From Lingula anatina (Eukaryota; Animalia; Brachiopoda): a stretch of DNA of 64,000 nt. The position numbers were made by a program, and so were the translations under genes. How positions within the stretch are numbered: the stretch's first letter is position 1; each line of letters begins with the position of its first letter. Below are positions 12,701-27,700 of this stretch, piece after piece. The stretch covers positions 3,844,001-3,908,000 of the forward strand of contig JBPQGU010000016.1 in assembly GCA_051362555.1 (NCBI GenBank), given 5' to 3'. The notes under the pieces were generated by a model. That model ran no database searches and was not told the DNA's origin. It worked only from the letters and a program-made list of their open reading frames with translations.

Positions 12701-15700
12701 TGATTTTGAGTGATTTTGAACAGTGCCGGCACTGTGAGATTTCTTCAATTTTGGCCAGGTAGGGATGAAAATTTTTTTTCTTCATTATAGTGTCAGGTAG
12801 GTGTGTTCGGTCATTTGTAGTAAGAATAAAGTGCTGGAAGAGTGGTGGTGTCAACATTAAGGAAGAAATAGAGCAAAAACTCTCTCTCCCCCCCCCCCTC
12901 TCAGATTCTGGTTCTCAGAGCTTATTTTTGGATCATCTTTAAAGCTAGAATTGGGGGCCTTGATGAAGTGACCCGGGCGCGTTTCCACATTTTTTATGAA
13001 TGACAGGTGTGGTAGATTGATTTTCCTCACTTTTTGGAAAAATCGGAGACGGGTCGATTTTTGGTGATTTTGAGTGATTTTGAACAGTGCCGGCACTGTG
13101 AGATTTCTTCAATTTTGGCCAGGTAGGGATGAAAATTTTTTTTCTTCATTATAGTGTCAGGTAGGTGTGTTCGGTCATTTGTAGTAAGAATAAAGTGCTG
13201 GAAGAGTGGTGGTGTCAACATTAAGGAAGAAATAGAGCAAAAACTCTCTCTCCCCCCCCCTCTCAGATTCTGTTCTCAGAGCTTATTTTTGGATCATCTT
13301 TAAAGCTAGAATTGGGGGCCTTGATGAAGTGACCCGGGCGCGTTTCCACATTTTTTATGAATGACAGGTGTGGTAGATTGATTTTCCTCACTTTTTGAAA
13401 AAATCGGAGACGGGTCGATTTTTGGTGATTTTGAGTGATTTTGAACAGTGCCGGCACTGTGAGATTTCTTCAATTTTGGCCAGGTAGGGATGAAAATTTT
13501 TTTTCTTCATTATAGTGTCAGGTAGGTGTGTTCGGTCATTTGTAGTAAGAATAAAGTGCTGGAAGAGTGGTGGTGTCAACATTAAGGAAGAAATAGAGCA
13601 AAAACTCTCTCTCCCCCCCCCCCTCTCAGATTCTGTTCTCAGAGCTTCTTTTTGGATCATCTTTAAAGCTAGAATTGGGGGCCTTGATGAAGTGACCCGG
13701 GCGCGTTTCCACATTTTTTATGAATGACAGGTGTGGTAGATTGATTTTCCTCACTTTTTGGAAAAATCGGAGACGGGTCGATTTTTGGTGATTTTGAGTG
13801 ATTTTGAACAGTGCCGGCACTGTGAGATTTCTTCAATTTTGGCCAGGTAGGGATGAAAATTTTTTTTCTTCATTATAGTGTCAGGTAGGTGTGTTCGGTC
13901 ATTTGTAGTAAGAATAAAGTGCTGGAAGAGTGGTGGTGTCAACATTAAGGAAGAAATAGAGCAAAAACTCTCTCTCCCCCCCCCCCTCTCAGATTCTGTT
14001 CTCAGAGCTTATTTTTGGATCATCTTTAAAGCTAGAATTGGGGGCCTTGATGAAGTGACCCGGGCGCGTTTCCACATTTTTTATGAATGACAGGTGTGGT
14101 AGATTGATTTTCCTCACTTTTTGGAAAAATCGGAGACGGGTTGATTTTTGGTGATTTTGAGTGATTTTGAACAGTGCCGGCACTGTGAGATTTCTTCAAT
14201 TTTGGCCAGGTAGGGATGAAAATTTTTTTTCTTCATTATAGTGTCAGGTAGGTGTGTTCGGTCATTTGTAGTAAGAATAAAGTGCTGGAAGAGTGGTGGT
14301 GTCAACATTAAGGAAGAAATAGAGCAAAAACTCTCTCTCCCCCCCCCCCCTCTCAGATTCTGTTCTCAGAGCTTATTTTTGGATCATCTTTAAAGCTAGA
14401 ATTGGGGGCCTTGATGAAGTGACCCGGGCGCGTTTCTACATTTTTTATGAATGACAGGTGTGGTAGATTGATTTTCCTCACTTTTTGGAAAAATCGGAGA
14501 CGGGTCGATTTTTGGTGATTTTGAGTGATTTTGAACAGTGCCGGCACTGTGAGATTTCTTCAATTTTGGCCAGGTAGGGATGAAAATTTTTTTTCTTCAT
14601 TATAGTGTCAGGTAGGTGTGTTCGGTCATTTGTAGTAAGAATAAAGTGCTGGAAGAGTGGTGGTGTCAACATTAAGGAAGAAATAGAGCAAAAACTCTCT
14701 CTCCCCCCCCCCCTCTCAGATTCTGTTCTCAGAGCTTATTTTTGGATCATCTTTAAAGCTAGAATTGGGGGCCTTGATGAAGTGACCCGGGCGCGTTTCC
14801 ACATTTTTTATGAATGACAGGTGTGGTAGATTGATTTTCCTCACTTTTTGGAAAAATCGGAGACGGGTCGATTTTTGGTGATTTTGAGTGATTTTGAACA
14901 GTGCCGGCACTGTGAGATTTCTTCAATTTTGGCCAGGTAGGGATGAAAATTTTTTTTCTTCATTATAGTGTCAGGTAGGTGTGTTCGGTCATTTGTAGTA
15001 AGAATAAAGTGCTGGAAGAGTGGTGGTGTCAACATTAAGGAAGAAATAGAGCAAAAACTCTCTCTCCCCCCCCCCCCCTCTCAGATTCTGTTCTCAGAGC
15101 TTATTTTTGGATCATCTTTAAAGCTAGAATTGGGGGCCTTGATGAAGTGACCCGGGCGCGTTTCCACATTTTTTATGAATGACAGGTGTGGTAGATTGAT
15201 TTTCCTCACTTTTTGGAAAAATCGGAGACGGGTCGATTTTTGGTGATTTTGAGTGATTTTGAACAGTGCCGGCACTGTGAGATTTCTTCAATTTTGGCCA
15301 GGTAGGGATGAAAATTTTTTTTCTTCATTATAGTGTCAGGTAGGTGTGTTCGGTCATTTGTAGTAAGAATAAAGTGCTGGAAGAGTGGTGGTGTCAACAT
15401 TAAGGAAGAAATAGAGCAAAAACTCTCTCTCCCCCCCCCCCCTCTCAGATTCTGTTCTCAGAGCTTATTTTTGGATCATCTTTAAAGCTAGAATTGGGGG
15501 CCTTGATGAAGTGACCCGGGCGCGTTTCCACATTTTTTATGAATGACAGGTGTGGTAGATTGATTTTCCTCACTTTTTGGAAAAATCGGAGACGGGTCGA
15601 TTTTTGGTGATTTTGAGTGATTTTGAACAGTGCCGGCACTGTGAGATTTCTTCAATTTTGGCCAGGTAGGGATGAAAATTTTTTTTCTTCATTATAGTGT

Positions 15701-18700
15701 CAGGTAGGTGTGTTCGGTCATTTGTAGTAAGAATAAAGTGCTGGAAGAGTGGTGGTGTCAACATTAAGGAAGAAATAGAGCAAAAACTCTCTCTCCCCCC
15801 CCCCCTCTCAGATTCTGTTCTCAGAGCTTATTTTTGGATCATCTTTAAAGCTAGAATTGGGGGCCTTGATGAAGTGACCCGGGCGCGTTTCCACATTTTT
15901 TATGAATGACAGGTGTGGTAGATTGATTTTCCTCACTTTTTGGAAAAATCGGAGACGGGTCGATTTTTGGTGATTTTGAGTGATTTTGAACAGTGCCGGC
16001 ACTGTGAGATTTCTTCAATTTTGGCCAGGTAGGGATGAAAATTTTTTTTCTTCATTATAGTGTCAGGTAGGTGTGTTCGGTCATTTGTAGTAAGAATAAA
16101 GTGCTGGAAGAGTGGTGGTGTCAACATTAAGGAAGAAATAGAGCAAAAACTCTCTCTCCCCCCCCCCCTCTCAGATTCTGTTCTCAGAGCTTATTTTTGG
16201 ATCATCTTTAAAGCTAGAATTGGGGGCCTTGATGAAGTGACCCGGGCGCGTTTCCACATTTTTTATGAATGACAGGTGTGGTAGATTGATTTTCCTCACT
16301 TTTTGGAAAAATCGGAGACGGGTCGATTTTTGGTGATTTTGAGTGATTTTGAACAGTGCCGGCACTGTGAGATTTCTTCAATTTTGGCCAGGTAGGGATG
16401 AAAATTTTTTTTCTTCATTATAGTGTCAGGTAGGTGTGTTCGGTCATTTGTAGTAAGAATAAAGTGCTGGAAGAGTGGTGGTGTCAACATTAAGGAAGAA
16501 ATAGAGCAAAAACTCTCTCTCCCCCCCCCCCTCTCAGATTCTGTTCTCAGAGCTTATTTTTGGATCATCTTTAAAGCTAGAATTGGGGGCCTTGATGAAG
16601 TGACCCGGGCGCGTTTCCACATTTTTTATGAATGACAGGTGTGGTAGATTGATTTTCCTCACTTTTTGGAAAAATCGGAGACGGGTCGATTTTTGGTGAT
16701 TTTGAGTGATTTTGAACAGTGCCGGCACTGTGAGATTTCTTCAATTTTGGCCAGGTAGGGATGAAAATTTTTTTTCTTCATTATAGTGTCAGGTAGGTGT
16801 GTTCGGTCATTTGTAGTAAGAATAAAGTGCTGGAAGAGTGGTGGTGTCAACATTAAGGAAGAAATAGAGCAAAAACTCTCTCTCCCCCCCCCCTCTCAGA
16901 TTCTGTTCTCAGAGCTTATTTTTGGATCATCTTTAAAGCTAGAATTGGGGGCCTTGATGAAGTGACCCGGGCGCGTTTCCACATTTTTTATGAATGACAG
17001 GTGTGGTAGATTGATTTTCCTCACTTTTTGGAAAAATCGGAGACGGGTCGATTTTTGGTGATTTTGAGTGATTTTGAACAGTGCCGGCACTGATTTCTTC
17101 AATTTTGGCCAGGTAGGGATGAAAATTTTTTTTCTTCATTATAGTGTCAGGTAGGTGTGTGTTCGGTCATTTGTAGTAAGAATAAAGTGCTGGAAGAGTG
17201 GTGGTGTCAACATTAAGGAAGAAATAGAGCAAAAACTCTCTCTCCCCCCCCCCCTCTCAGATTCTGTTCTCAGAGCTTATTTTTGGATCATCTTTAAAGC
17301 TAGAATTGGGGGCCTTGATGAAGTGACCCGGGCGCGTTTCCACATTTTTTATGAATGACAGGTGTGGTAGATTGATTTTCCTCACTTTTTGGAAAAATCG
17401 GAGACGGGTCGATTTTTGGTGATTTTGAGTGATTTTGAACAGTGCCGGCACTGTGAGATTTCTTCAATTTTGGCCAGGTAGGGATGAAAATTTTTTTTCT
17501 TCATTATAGTGTCAGGTAGGTGTGTTCGGTCATTTGTAGTAAGAATAAAGTGCTGGAAGAGTGGTGGTGTCAACATTAAGGAAGAAATAGAGCAAAAACT
17601 CTCTCTCCCCCCCCCCCCTCTCAGATTCTGTTCTCAGAGCTTATTTTTGGATCATCTTTAAAGCTAGAATTGGGGGCCTTGATGAAGTGACCCGGGCGCG
17701 TTTCCACATTTTTTATGAATGACAGGTGTGGTAGATTGATTTTCCTCACTTTTTGGAAAAATCGGAGACGGGTCGATTTTTGGTGATTTTGAGTGATTTT
17801 GAACAGTGCCGGCACTGTGAGATTTCTTCAATTTTGGCCAGGTAGGGATGAAAATTTTTTTTCTTCATTATAGTGTCAGGTAGGTGTGTTCGGTCATTTG
17901 TAGTAAGAATAAAGTGCTGGAAGAGTGGTGGTGTCAACATTAAGGAAGAAATAGAGCAAAAACTCTCTCTCCCCCCCCCCCTCTCAGATTCTGTTCTCAG
18001 AGCTTATTTTTGGATCATCTTTAAAGCTAGAATTGGGGGCCTTGATGAAGTGACCCGGGCGCGTTTCCACATTTTTTATGAATGACAGGTGTGGTAGATT
18101 GATTTTCCTCACTTTTTGGAAAAATCGGAGACGGGTCGATTTTTGGTGATTTTGAGTGATTTTGAACAGTGCCGGCACTGTGAGATTTCTTCAATTTTGG
18201 CCAGGTAGGGATGAAAATTTTTTTTCTTCATTATAGTGTCAGGTAGGTGTGTTCGGTCATTTGTAGTAAGAATAAAGTGCTGGAAGAGTGGTGGTGTCAA
18301 CATTAAGGAAGAAATAGAGCAAAAACTCTCTCTCCCCCCCCCCCTCTCAGATTCTGTTCTCAGAGCTTATTTTTGGATCATCTTTAAAGCTAGAATTGGG
18401 GGCCTTGATGAAGTGACCCGGGCGCGTTTCCACATTTTTTATGAATGACAGGTGTGGTAGATTGATTTTCCTCACTTTTTGGAAAAATCGGAGACGGGTC
18501 GATTTTTGGTGATTTTGAGTGATTTTGAACAGTGCCGGCACTGTGAGATTTCTTCAATTTTGGCCAGGTAGGGATGAAAATTTTTTTTCTTCATTATAGT
18601 GTCAGGTAGGTGTGTTCGGTCATTTGTAGTAAGAATAAAGTGCTGGAAGAGTGGTGGTGTCAACATTAAGGAAGAAATAGAGCAAAAACTCTCTCTCCCC

Positions 18701-21700
18701 CCCCCCCTCTCAGATTCTGTTCTCAGAGCTTATTTTTGGATCATCTTTAAAGCTAGAATTGGGGGCCTTGATGAAGTGACCCGGGCGCGTTTCCACATTT
18801 TTTATGAATGACAGGTGTGGTAGATTGATTTTCCTCACTTTTTGGAAAAATCGGAGACGGGTCGATTTTTGGTGATTTTGAGTGATTTTGAACAGTGCCG
18901 GCACTGTGAGATTTCTTCAATTTTGGCCAGGTAGGGATGAAAATTTTTTTTCTTCATTATAGTGTCAGGTAGGTGTGTTCGGTCATTTGTAGTAAGAATA
19001 AAGTGCTGGAAGAGTGGTGGTGTCAACATTAAGGAAGAAATAGAGCAAAAACTCTCTCTCCCCCCCCCCCTCTCAGATTCTGTTCTCAGAGCTTATTTTT
19101 GGATCATCTTTAAAGCTAGAATTGGGGGCCTTGATGAAGTGACCCGGGCGCGTTTCCACATTTTTTATGAATGACAGGTGTGGTAGATTGATTTTCCTCA
19201 CTTTTTGGAAAAATCGGAGACGGGTCGATTTTTGGTGATTTTGAGTGATTTTGAACAGTGCCGGCACTGTGAGATTTCTTCAATTTTGGCCAGGTAGGGA
19301 TGAAAATTTTTTTTCTTCATTATAGTGTCAGGTAGGTGTGTTCGGTCATTTGTAGTAAGAATAAAGTGCTGGAAGAGTGGTGGTGTCAACATTAAGGAAG
19401 AAATAGAGCAAAAACTCTCTCTCCCCCCCCCCCTCTCAGATTCTGTTCTCAGAGCTTATTTTTGGATCATCTTTAAAGCTAGAATTGGGGGCCTTGATGA
19501 AGTGACCCGGGCGCGTTTCCACATTTTTTATGAATGACAGGTGTGGTAGATTGATTTTCCTCACTTTTTGGAAAAATCGGAGACGGGTCGATTTTTGGTG
19601 ATTTTGAGTGATTTTGAACAGTGCCGGCACTGTGAGATTTCTTCAATTTTGGCCAGGTAGGGATGAAAATTTTTTTTCTTCATTATAGTGTCAGGTAGGT
19701 GTGTTCGGTCATTTGTAGTAAGAATAAAGTGCTGGAAGAGTGGTGGTGTCAACATTAAGGAAGAAATAGAGCAAAAACTCTCTCTCCCCCCCCCCCTCTC
19801 AGATTCTGTTCTCAGAGCTTATTTTTGGATCATCTTTAAAGCTAGAATTGGGGGCCTTGATGAAGTGACCCGGGCGCGTTTCCACATTTTTTATGAATGA
19901 CAGGTGTGGTAGATTGATTTTCCTCACTTTTTGGAAAAATCGGAGACGGGTCGATTTTTGGTGATTTTGAGTGATTTTGAACAGTGCCGGCACTGTGAGA
20001 TTTCTTCAATTTTGGCCAGGTAGGGATGAAAATTTTTTTTCTTCATTATAGTGTCAGGTAGGTGTGTTCGGTCATTTGTAGTAAGAATAAAGTGCTGGAA
20101 GAGTGGTGGTGTCAACATTAAGGAAGAAATAGAGCAAAAACTCTCTCTCCCCCCCCCCCTCTCAGATTCTGTTCTCAGAGCTTATTTTTGGATCATCTTT
20201 AAAGCTAGAATTGGGGGCCTTGATGAAGTGACCCGGGCGCGTTTCCACATTTTTTATGAATGACAGGTGTGGTAGATTGATTTTCCTCACTTTTTGGAAA
20301 AATCGGAGACGGGTCGATTTTTGGTGATTTTGAGTGATTTTGAACAGTGCCGGCACTGTGAGATTTCTTCAATTTTGGCCAGGTAGGGATGAAAATTTTT
20401 TTTCTTCATTATAGTGTCAGGTAGGTGTGTTCGGTCATTTGTAGTAAGAATAAAGTGCTGGAAGAGTGGTGGTGTCAACATTAAGGAAGAAATAGAGCAA
20501 AAACTCTCTCTCCCCCCCCCCCTCTCAGATTCTGTTCTCAGAGCTTATTTTTGGATCATCTTTAAAGCTAGAATTGGGGGCCTTGATGAAGTGACCCGGG
20601 CGCGTTTCCACATTTTTTATGAATGACAGGTGTGGTAGATTGATTTTCCTCACTTTTTGGAAAAATCGGAGACGGGTCGATTTTTGGTGATTTTGAGTGA
20701 TTTTGAACAGTGCCGGCACTGTGAGATTTCTTCAATTTTGGCCAGGTAGGGATGAAAATTTTTTTTCTTCATTATAGTGTCAGGTAGGTGTGTTCGGTCA
20801 TTTGTAGTAAGAATAAAGTGCTGGAAGAGTGGTGGTGTCAACATTAAGGAAGAAATAGAGCAAAAACTCTCTCTCCCCCCCCCCCTCTCAGATTCTGTTC
20901 TCAGAGCTTATTTTTGGATCATCTTTAAAGCTAGAATTGGGGGCCTTGATGAAGTGACCCGGGCGCGTTTCCACATTTTTTATGAATGACAGGTGTGGTA
21001 GATTGATTTTCCTCACTTTTTGGAAAAATCGGAGACGGGTCGATTTTTGGTGATTTTGAGTGATTTTGAACAGTGCCGGCACTGTGAGATTTCTTCAATT
21101 TTGGCCAGGTAGGGATGAAAATTTTTTTTCTTCATTATAGTGTCAGGTAGGTGTGTTCGGTCATTTGTAGTAAGAATAAAGTGCTGGAAGAGTGGTGGTG
21201 TCAACATTAAGGAAGAAATAGAGCAAAAACTCTCTCTCCCCCCCCCCCTCTCAGATTCTGTTCTCAGAGCTTATTTTTGGATCATCTTTAAAGCTAGAAT
21301 TGGGGGCCTTGATGAAGTGACCCGGGCGCGTTTCCACATTTTTTATGAATGACAGGTGTGGTAGATTGATTTTCCTCACTTTTTGGAAAAATCGGAGACG
21401 GGTCGATTTTTGGTGATTTTGAGTGATTTTGAACAGTGCCGGCACTGTGAGATTTCTTCAATTTTGGCCAGGTAGGGATGAAAATTTTTTTTCTTCATTA
21501 TAGTGTCAGGTAGGTGTGTTCGGTCATTTGTAGTAAGAATAAAGTGCTGGAAGAGTGGTGGTGTCAACATTAAGGAAGAAATAGAGCAAAAACTCTCTCT
21601 CCCCCCCCCCCTCTCAGATTCTGTTCTCAGAGCTTATTTTTGGATCATCTTTAAAGCTAGAATTGGGGGCCTTGATGAAGTGACCCGGGCGCGTTTCCAC

Positions 21701-24700
21701 ATTTTTTATGAATGACAGGTGTGGTAGATTGATTTTCCTCACTTTTTGGAAAAATCGGAGACGGGTCGATTTTTGGTGATTTTGAGTGATTTTGAACAGT
21801 GCCGGCACTGTGAGATTTCTTCAATTTTGGCCAGGTAGGGATGAAAATTTTTTTTCTTCATTATAGTGTCAGGTAGGTGTGTTCGGTCATTTGTAGTAAG
21901 AATAAAGTGCTGGAAGAGTGGTGGTGTCAACATTAAGGAAGAAATAGAGCAAAAACTCTCTCTCCCCCCCCCCCTCTCAGATTCTGTTCTCAGAGCTTAT
22001 TTTTGGATCATCTTTAAAGCTAGAATTGGGGGCCTTGATGAAGTGACCCGGGCGCGTTTCCACATTTTTTATGAATGACAGGTGTGGTAGATTGATTTTC
22101 CTCACTTTTTGGAAAAATCGGAGACGGGTCGATTTTTGGTGATTTTGAGTGATTTTGAACAGTGCCGGCACTGTGAGATTTCTTCAATTTTGGCCAGGTA
22201 GGGATGAAAATTTTTTTTCTTCATTATAGTGTCAGGTAGGTGTGTTCGGTCATTTGTAGTAAGAATAAAGTGCTGGAAGAGTGGTGGTGTCAACATTAAG
22301 GAAGAAATAGAGCAAAAACTCTCTCTCCCCCCCCCCCTCTCAGATTCTGTTCTCAGAGCTTATTTTTGGATCATCTTTAAAGCTAGAATTGGGGGCCTTG
22401 ATGAAGTGACCCGGGCGCGTTTCCACATTTTTTATGAATGACAGGTGTGGTAGATTGATTTTCCTCACTTTTTGGAAAAATCGGAGACGGGTCGATTTTT
22501 GGTGATTTTGAGTGATTTTGAACAGTGCCGGCACTGTGAGATTTCTTCAATTTTGGCCAGGTAGGGATGAAAATTTTTTTTCTTCATTATAGTGTCAGGT
22601 AGGTGTGTTCGGTCATTTGTAGTAAGAATAAAGTGCTGGAAGAGTGGTGGTGTCAACATTAAGGAAGAAATAGAGCAAAAACTCTCTCTCCCCCCCCCCC
22701 TCTCAGATTCTGTTCTCAGAGCTTATTTTTGGATCATCTTTAAAGCTAGAATTGGGGGCCTTGATGAAGTGACCCGGGCGCGTTTCCACATTTTTTATGA
22801 ATGACAGGTGTGGTAGATTGATTTTCCTCACTTTTTGGAAAAATCGGAGACGGGTCGATTTTTGGTGATTTTGAGTGATTTTGAACAGTGCCGGCACTGT
22901 GAGATTTCTTCAATTTTGGCCAGGTAGGGATGAAAATTTTTTTTCTTCATTATAGTGTCAGGTAGGTGTGTTCGGTCATTTGTAGTAAGAATAAAGTGCT
23001 GGAAGAGTGGTGGTGTCAACATTAAGGAAGAAATAGAGCAAAAACTCTCTCTCCCCCCCCCCCTCTCAGATTCTGTTCTCAGAGCTTATTTTTGGATCAT
23101 CTTTAAAGCTAGAATTGGGGGCCTTGATGAAGTGACCCGGGCGCGTTTCCACATTTTTTATGAATGACAGGTGTGGTAGATTGATTTTCCTCACTTTTTG
23201 GAAAAATCGGAGACGGGTCGATTTTTGGTGATTTTGAGTGATTTTGAACAGTGCCGGCACTGTGAGATTTCTTCAATTTTGGCCAGGTAGGGATGAAAAT
23301 TTTTTTTCTTCATTATAGTGTCAGGTAGGTGTGTTCGGTCATTTGTAGTAAGAATAAAGTGCTGGAAGAGTGGTGGTGTCAACATTAAGGAAGAAATAGA
23401 GCAAAAACTCTCTCTCCCCCCCCCCCTCTCAGATTCTGTTCTCAGAGCTTATTTTTGGATCATCTTTAAAGCTAGAATTGGGGGCCTTGATGAAGTGACC
23501 CGGGCGCGTTTCCACATTTTTTATGAATGACAGGTGTGGTAGATTGATTTTCCTCACTTTTTGGAAAAATCGGAGACGGGTCGATTTTTGGTGATTTTGA
23601 GTGATTTTGAACAGTGCCGGCACTGTGAGATTTCTTCAATTTTGGCCAGGTAGGGATGAAAATTTTTTTTCTTCATTATAGTGTCAGGTAGGTGTGTTCG
23701 GTCATTTGTAGTAAGAATAAAGTGCTGGAAGAGTGGTGGTGTCAACATTAAGGAAGAAATAGAGCAAAAACTCTCTCTCCCCCCCCCCCTCTCAGATTCT
23801 GTTCTCAGAGCTTATTTTTGGATCATCTTTAAAGCTAGAATTGGGGGCCTTGATGAAGTGACCCGGGCGCGTTTCCACATTTTTTATGAATGACAGGTGT
23901 GGTAGATTGATTTTCCTCACTTTTTGGAAAAATCGGAGACGGGTCGATTTTTGGTGATTTTGAGTGATTTTGAACAGTGCCGGCACTGTGAGATTTCTTC
24001 AATTTTGGCCAGGTAGGGATGAAAATTTTTTTTCTTCATTATAGTGTCAGGTAGGTGTGTTCGGTCATTTGTAGTAAGAATAAAGTGCTGGAAGAGTGGT
24101 GGTGTCAACATTAAGGAAGAAATAGAGCAAAAACTCTCTCTCCCCCCCCCCCTCTCAGATTCTGTTCTCAGAGCTTATTTTTGGATCATCTTTAAAGCTA
24201 GAATTGGGGGCCTTGATGAAGTGACCCGGGCGCGTTTCCACATTTTTTATGAATGACAGGTGTGGTAGATTGATTTTCCTCACTTTTTGGAAAAATCGGA
24301 GACGGGTCGATTTTTGGTGATTTTGAGTGATTTTGAACAGTGCCGGCACTGTGAGATTTCTTCAATTTTGGCCAGGTAGGGATGAAAATTTTTTTTCTTC
24401 ATTATAGTGTCAGGTAGGTGTGTTCGGTCATTTGTAGTAAGAATAAAGTGCTGGAAGAGTGGTGGTGTCAACATTAAGGAAGAAATAGAGCAAAAACTCT
24501 CTCTCCCCCCCCCCCTCTCAGATTCTGTTCTCAGAGCTTATTTTTGGATCATCTTTAAAGCTAGAATTGGGGGCCTTGATGAAGTGACCCGGGCGCGTTT
24601 CCACATTTTTTATGAATGACAGGTGTGGTAGATTGATTTTCCTCACTTTTTGGAAAAATCGGGTCGATTTTTGGTGATTTTGAGTGATTTTGAACAGTGC

Positions 24701-27700
24701 CGGCACTGTGAGATTTCTTCAATTTTGGCCAGGTAGGGATGAAAATTTTTTTTCTTCATTATAGTGTCAGGTAGGTGTGTTCGGTCATTTGTAGTAAGAA
24801 TAAAGTGCTGGAAGAGTGGTGGTGTCAACATTAAGGAAGAAATAGAGCAAAAACTCTCTCTCCCCCCCCCCCTCTCAGATTCTGTTCTCAGAGCTTATTT
24901 TTGGATCATCTTTAAAGCTAGAATTGGGGGCCTTGATGAAGTGACCCGGGCGCGTTTCCACATTTTTTATGAATGACAGGTGTGGTAGATTGATTTTCCT
25001 CACTTTTTGGAAAAATCGGAGACGGGTCGATTTTTGGTGATTTTGAGTGATTTTGAACAGTGCCGGCACTGTGAGATTTCTTCAATTTTGGCCAGGTAGG
25101 GATGAAAATTTTTTTTCTTCATTATAGTGTCAGGTAGGTGTGTTCGGTCATTTGTAGTAAGAATAAAGTGCTGGAAGAGTGGTGGTGTCAACATTAAGGA
25201 AGAAATAGAGCAAAAACTCTCTCTCCCCCCCCCCCTCTCAGATTCTGTTCTCAGAGCTTATTTTTGGATCATCTTTAAAGCTAGAATTGGGGGCCTTGAT
25301 GAAGTGACCCGGGCGCGTTTCCACATTTTTTATGAATGACAGGTGTGGTAGATTGATTTTCCTCACTTTTTGGAAAAATCGGAGACGGGTCGATTTTTGG
25401 TGATTTTGAGTGATTTTGAACAGTGCCGGCACTGTGAGATTTCTTCAATTTTGGCCAGGTAGGGATGAAAATTTTTTTTCTTCATTATAGTGTCAGGTAG
25501 GTGTGTTCGGTCATTTGTAGTAAGAATAAAGTGCTGGAAGAGTGGTGGTGTCAACATTAAGGAAGAAATAGAGCAAAAACTCTCTCTCCCCCCCCCCCTC
25601 TCAGATTCTGTTCTCAGAGCTTATTTTTGGATCATCTTTAAAGCTAGAATTGGGGGCCTTGATGAAGTGACCCGGGCGCGTTTCCACATTTTTTATGAAT
25701 GACAGGTGTGGTAGATTGATTTTCCTCACTTTTTGGAAAAATCGGAGACGGGTCGATTTTTGGTGATTTTGAGTGATTTTGAACAGTGCCGGCACTGTGA
25801 GATTTCTTCAATTTTGGCCAGGTAGGGATGAAAATTTTTTTTCTTCATTATAGTGTCAGGTAGGTGTGTTCGGTCATTTGTAGTAAGAATAAAGTGCTGG
25901 AAGAGTGGTGGTGTCAACATTAAGGAAGAAATAGAGCAAAAACTCTCTCTCCCCCCCCCCCTCTCAGATTCTGTTCTCAGAGCTTATTTTTGGATCATCT
26001 TTAAAGCTAGAATTGGGGGCCTTGATGAAGTGACCCGGGCGCGTTTCCACATTTTTTATGAATGACAGGTGTGGTAGATTGATTTTCCTCACTTTTTGGA
26101 AAAATCGGAGACGGGTCGATTTTTGGTGATTTTGAGTGATTTTGAACAGTGCCGGCACTGTGAGATTTCTTCAATTTTGGCCAGGTAGGGATGAAAATTT
26201 TTTTTCTTCATTATAGTGTCAGGTAGGTGTGTTCGGTCATTTGTAGTAAGAATAAAGTGCTGGAAGAGTGGTGGTGTCAACATTAAGGAAGAAATAGAGC
26301 AAAAACTCTCTCTCCCCCCCCCCCTCTCAGATTCTGTTCTCAGAGCTTATTTTTGGATCATCTTTAAAGCTAGAATTGGGGGCCTTGATGAAGTGACCCG
26401 GGCGCGTTTCCACATTTTTTATGAATGACAGGTGTGGTAGATTGATTTTCCTCACTTTTTGGAAAAATCGGAGACGGGTCGATTTTTGGTGATTTTGAGT
26501 GATTTTGAACAGTGCCGGCACTGTGAGATTTCTTCAATTTTGGCCAGGTAGGGATGAAAATTTTTTTTCTTCATTATAGTGTCAGGTAGGTGTGTTCGGT
26601 CATTTGTAGTAAGAATAAAGTGCTGGAAGAGTGGTGGTGTCAACATTAAGGAAGAAATAGAGCAAAAACTCTCTCTCCCCCCCCCCCTCTCAGATTCTGT
26701 TCTCAGAGCTTATTTTTGGATCATCTTTAAAGCTAGAATTGGGGGCCTTGATGAAGTGACCCGGGCGCGTTTCCACATTTTTTATGAATGACAGGTGTGG
26801 TAGATTGATTTTCCTCACTTTTTGGAAAAATCGGAGACGGGTCGATTTTTGGTGATTTTGAGTGATTTTGAACAGTGCCGGCACTGTGAGATTTCTTCAA
26901 TTTTGGCCAGGTAGGGATGAAAATTTTTTTTCTTCATTATAGTGTCAGGTAGGTGTGTTCGGTCATTTGTAGTAAGAATAAAGTGCTGGAAGAGTGGTGG
27001 TGTCAACATTAAGGAAGAAATAGAGCAAAAACTCTCTCTCCCCCCCCCCCTCTCAGATTCTGTTCTCAGAGCTTATTTTTGGATCATCTTTAAAGCTAGA
27101 ATTGGGGGCCTTGATGAAGTGACCCGGGCGCGTTTCCACATTTTTTATGAATGACAGGTGTGGTAGATTGATTTTCCTCACTTTTTGGAAAAATCGGAGA
27201 CGGGTCGATTTTTGGTGATTTTGAGTGATTTTGAACAGTGCCGGCACTGTGAGATTTCTTCAATTTTGGCCAGGTAGGGATGAAAATTTTTTTTCTTCAT
27301 TATAGTGTCAGGTAGGTGTGTTCGGTCATTTGTAGTAAGAATAAAGTGCTGGAAGAGTGGTGGTGTCAACATTAAGGAAGAAATAGAGCAAAAACTCTCT
27401 CTCCCCCCCCCCCTCTCAGATTCTGTTCTCAGAGCTTATTTTTGGATCATCTTTAAAGCTAGAATTGGGGGCCTTGATGAAGTGACCCGGGCGCGTTTCC
27501 ACATTTTTTATGAATGACAGGTGTGGTAGATTGATTTTCCTCACTTTTTGGAAAAATCGGAGACGGGTCGATTTTTGGTGATTTTGAGTGATTTTGAACA
27601 GTGCCGGCACTGTGAGATTTCTTCAATTTTGGCCAGGTAGGGATGAAAATTTTTTTTCTTCATTATAGTGTCAGGTAGGTGTGTTCGGTCATTTGTAGTA

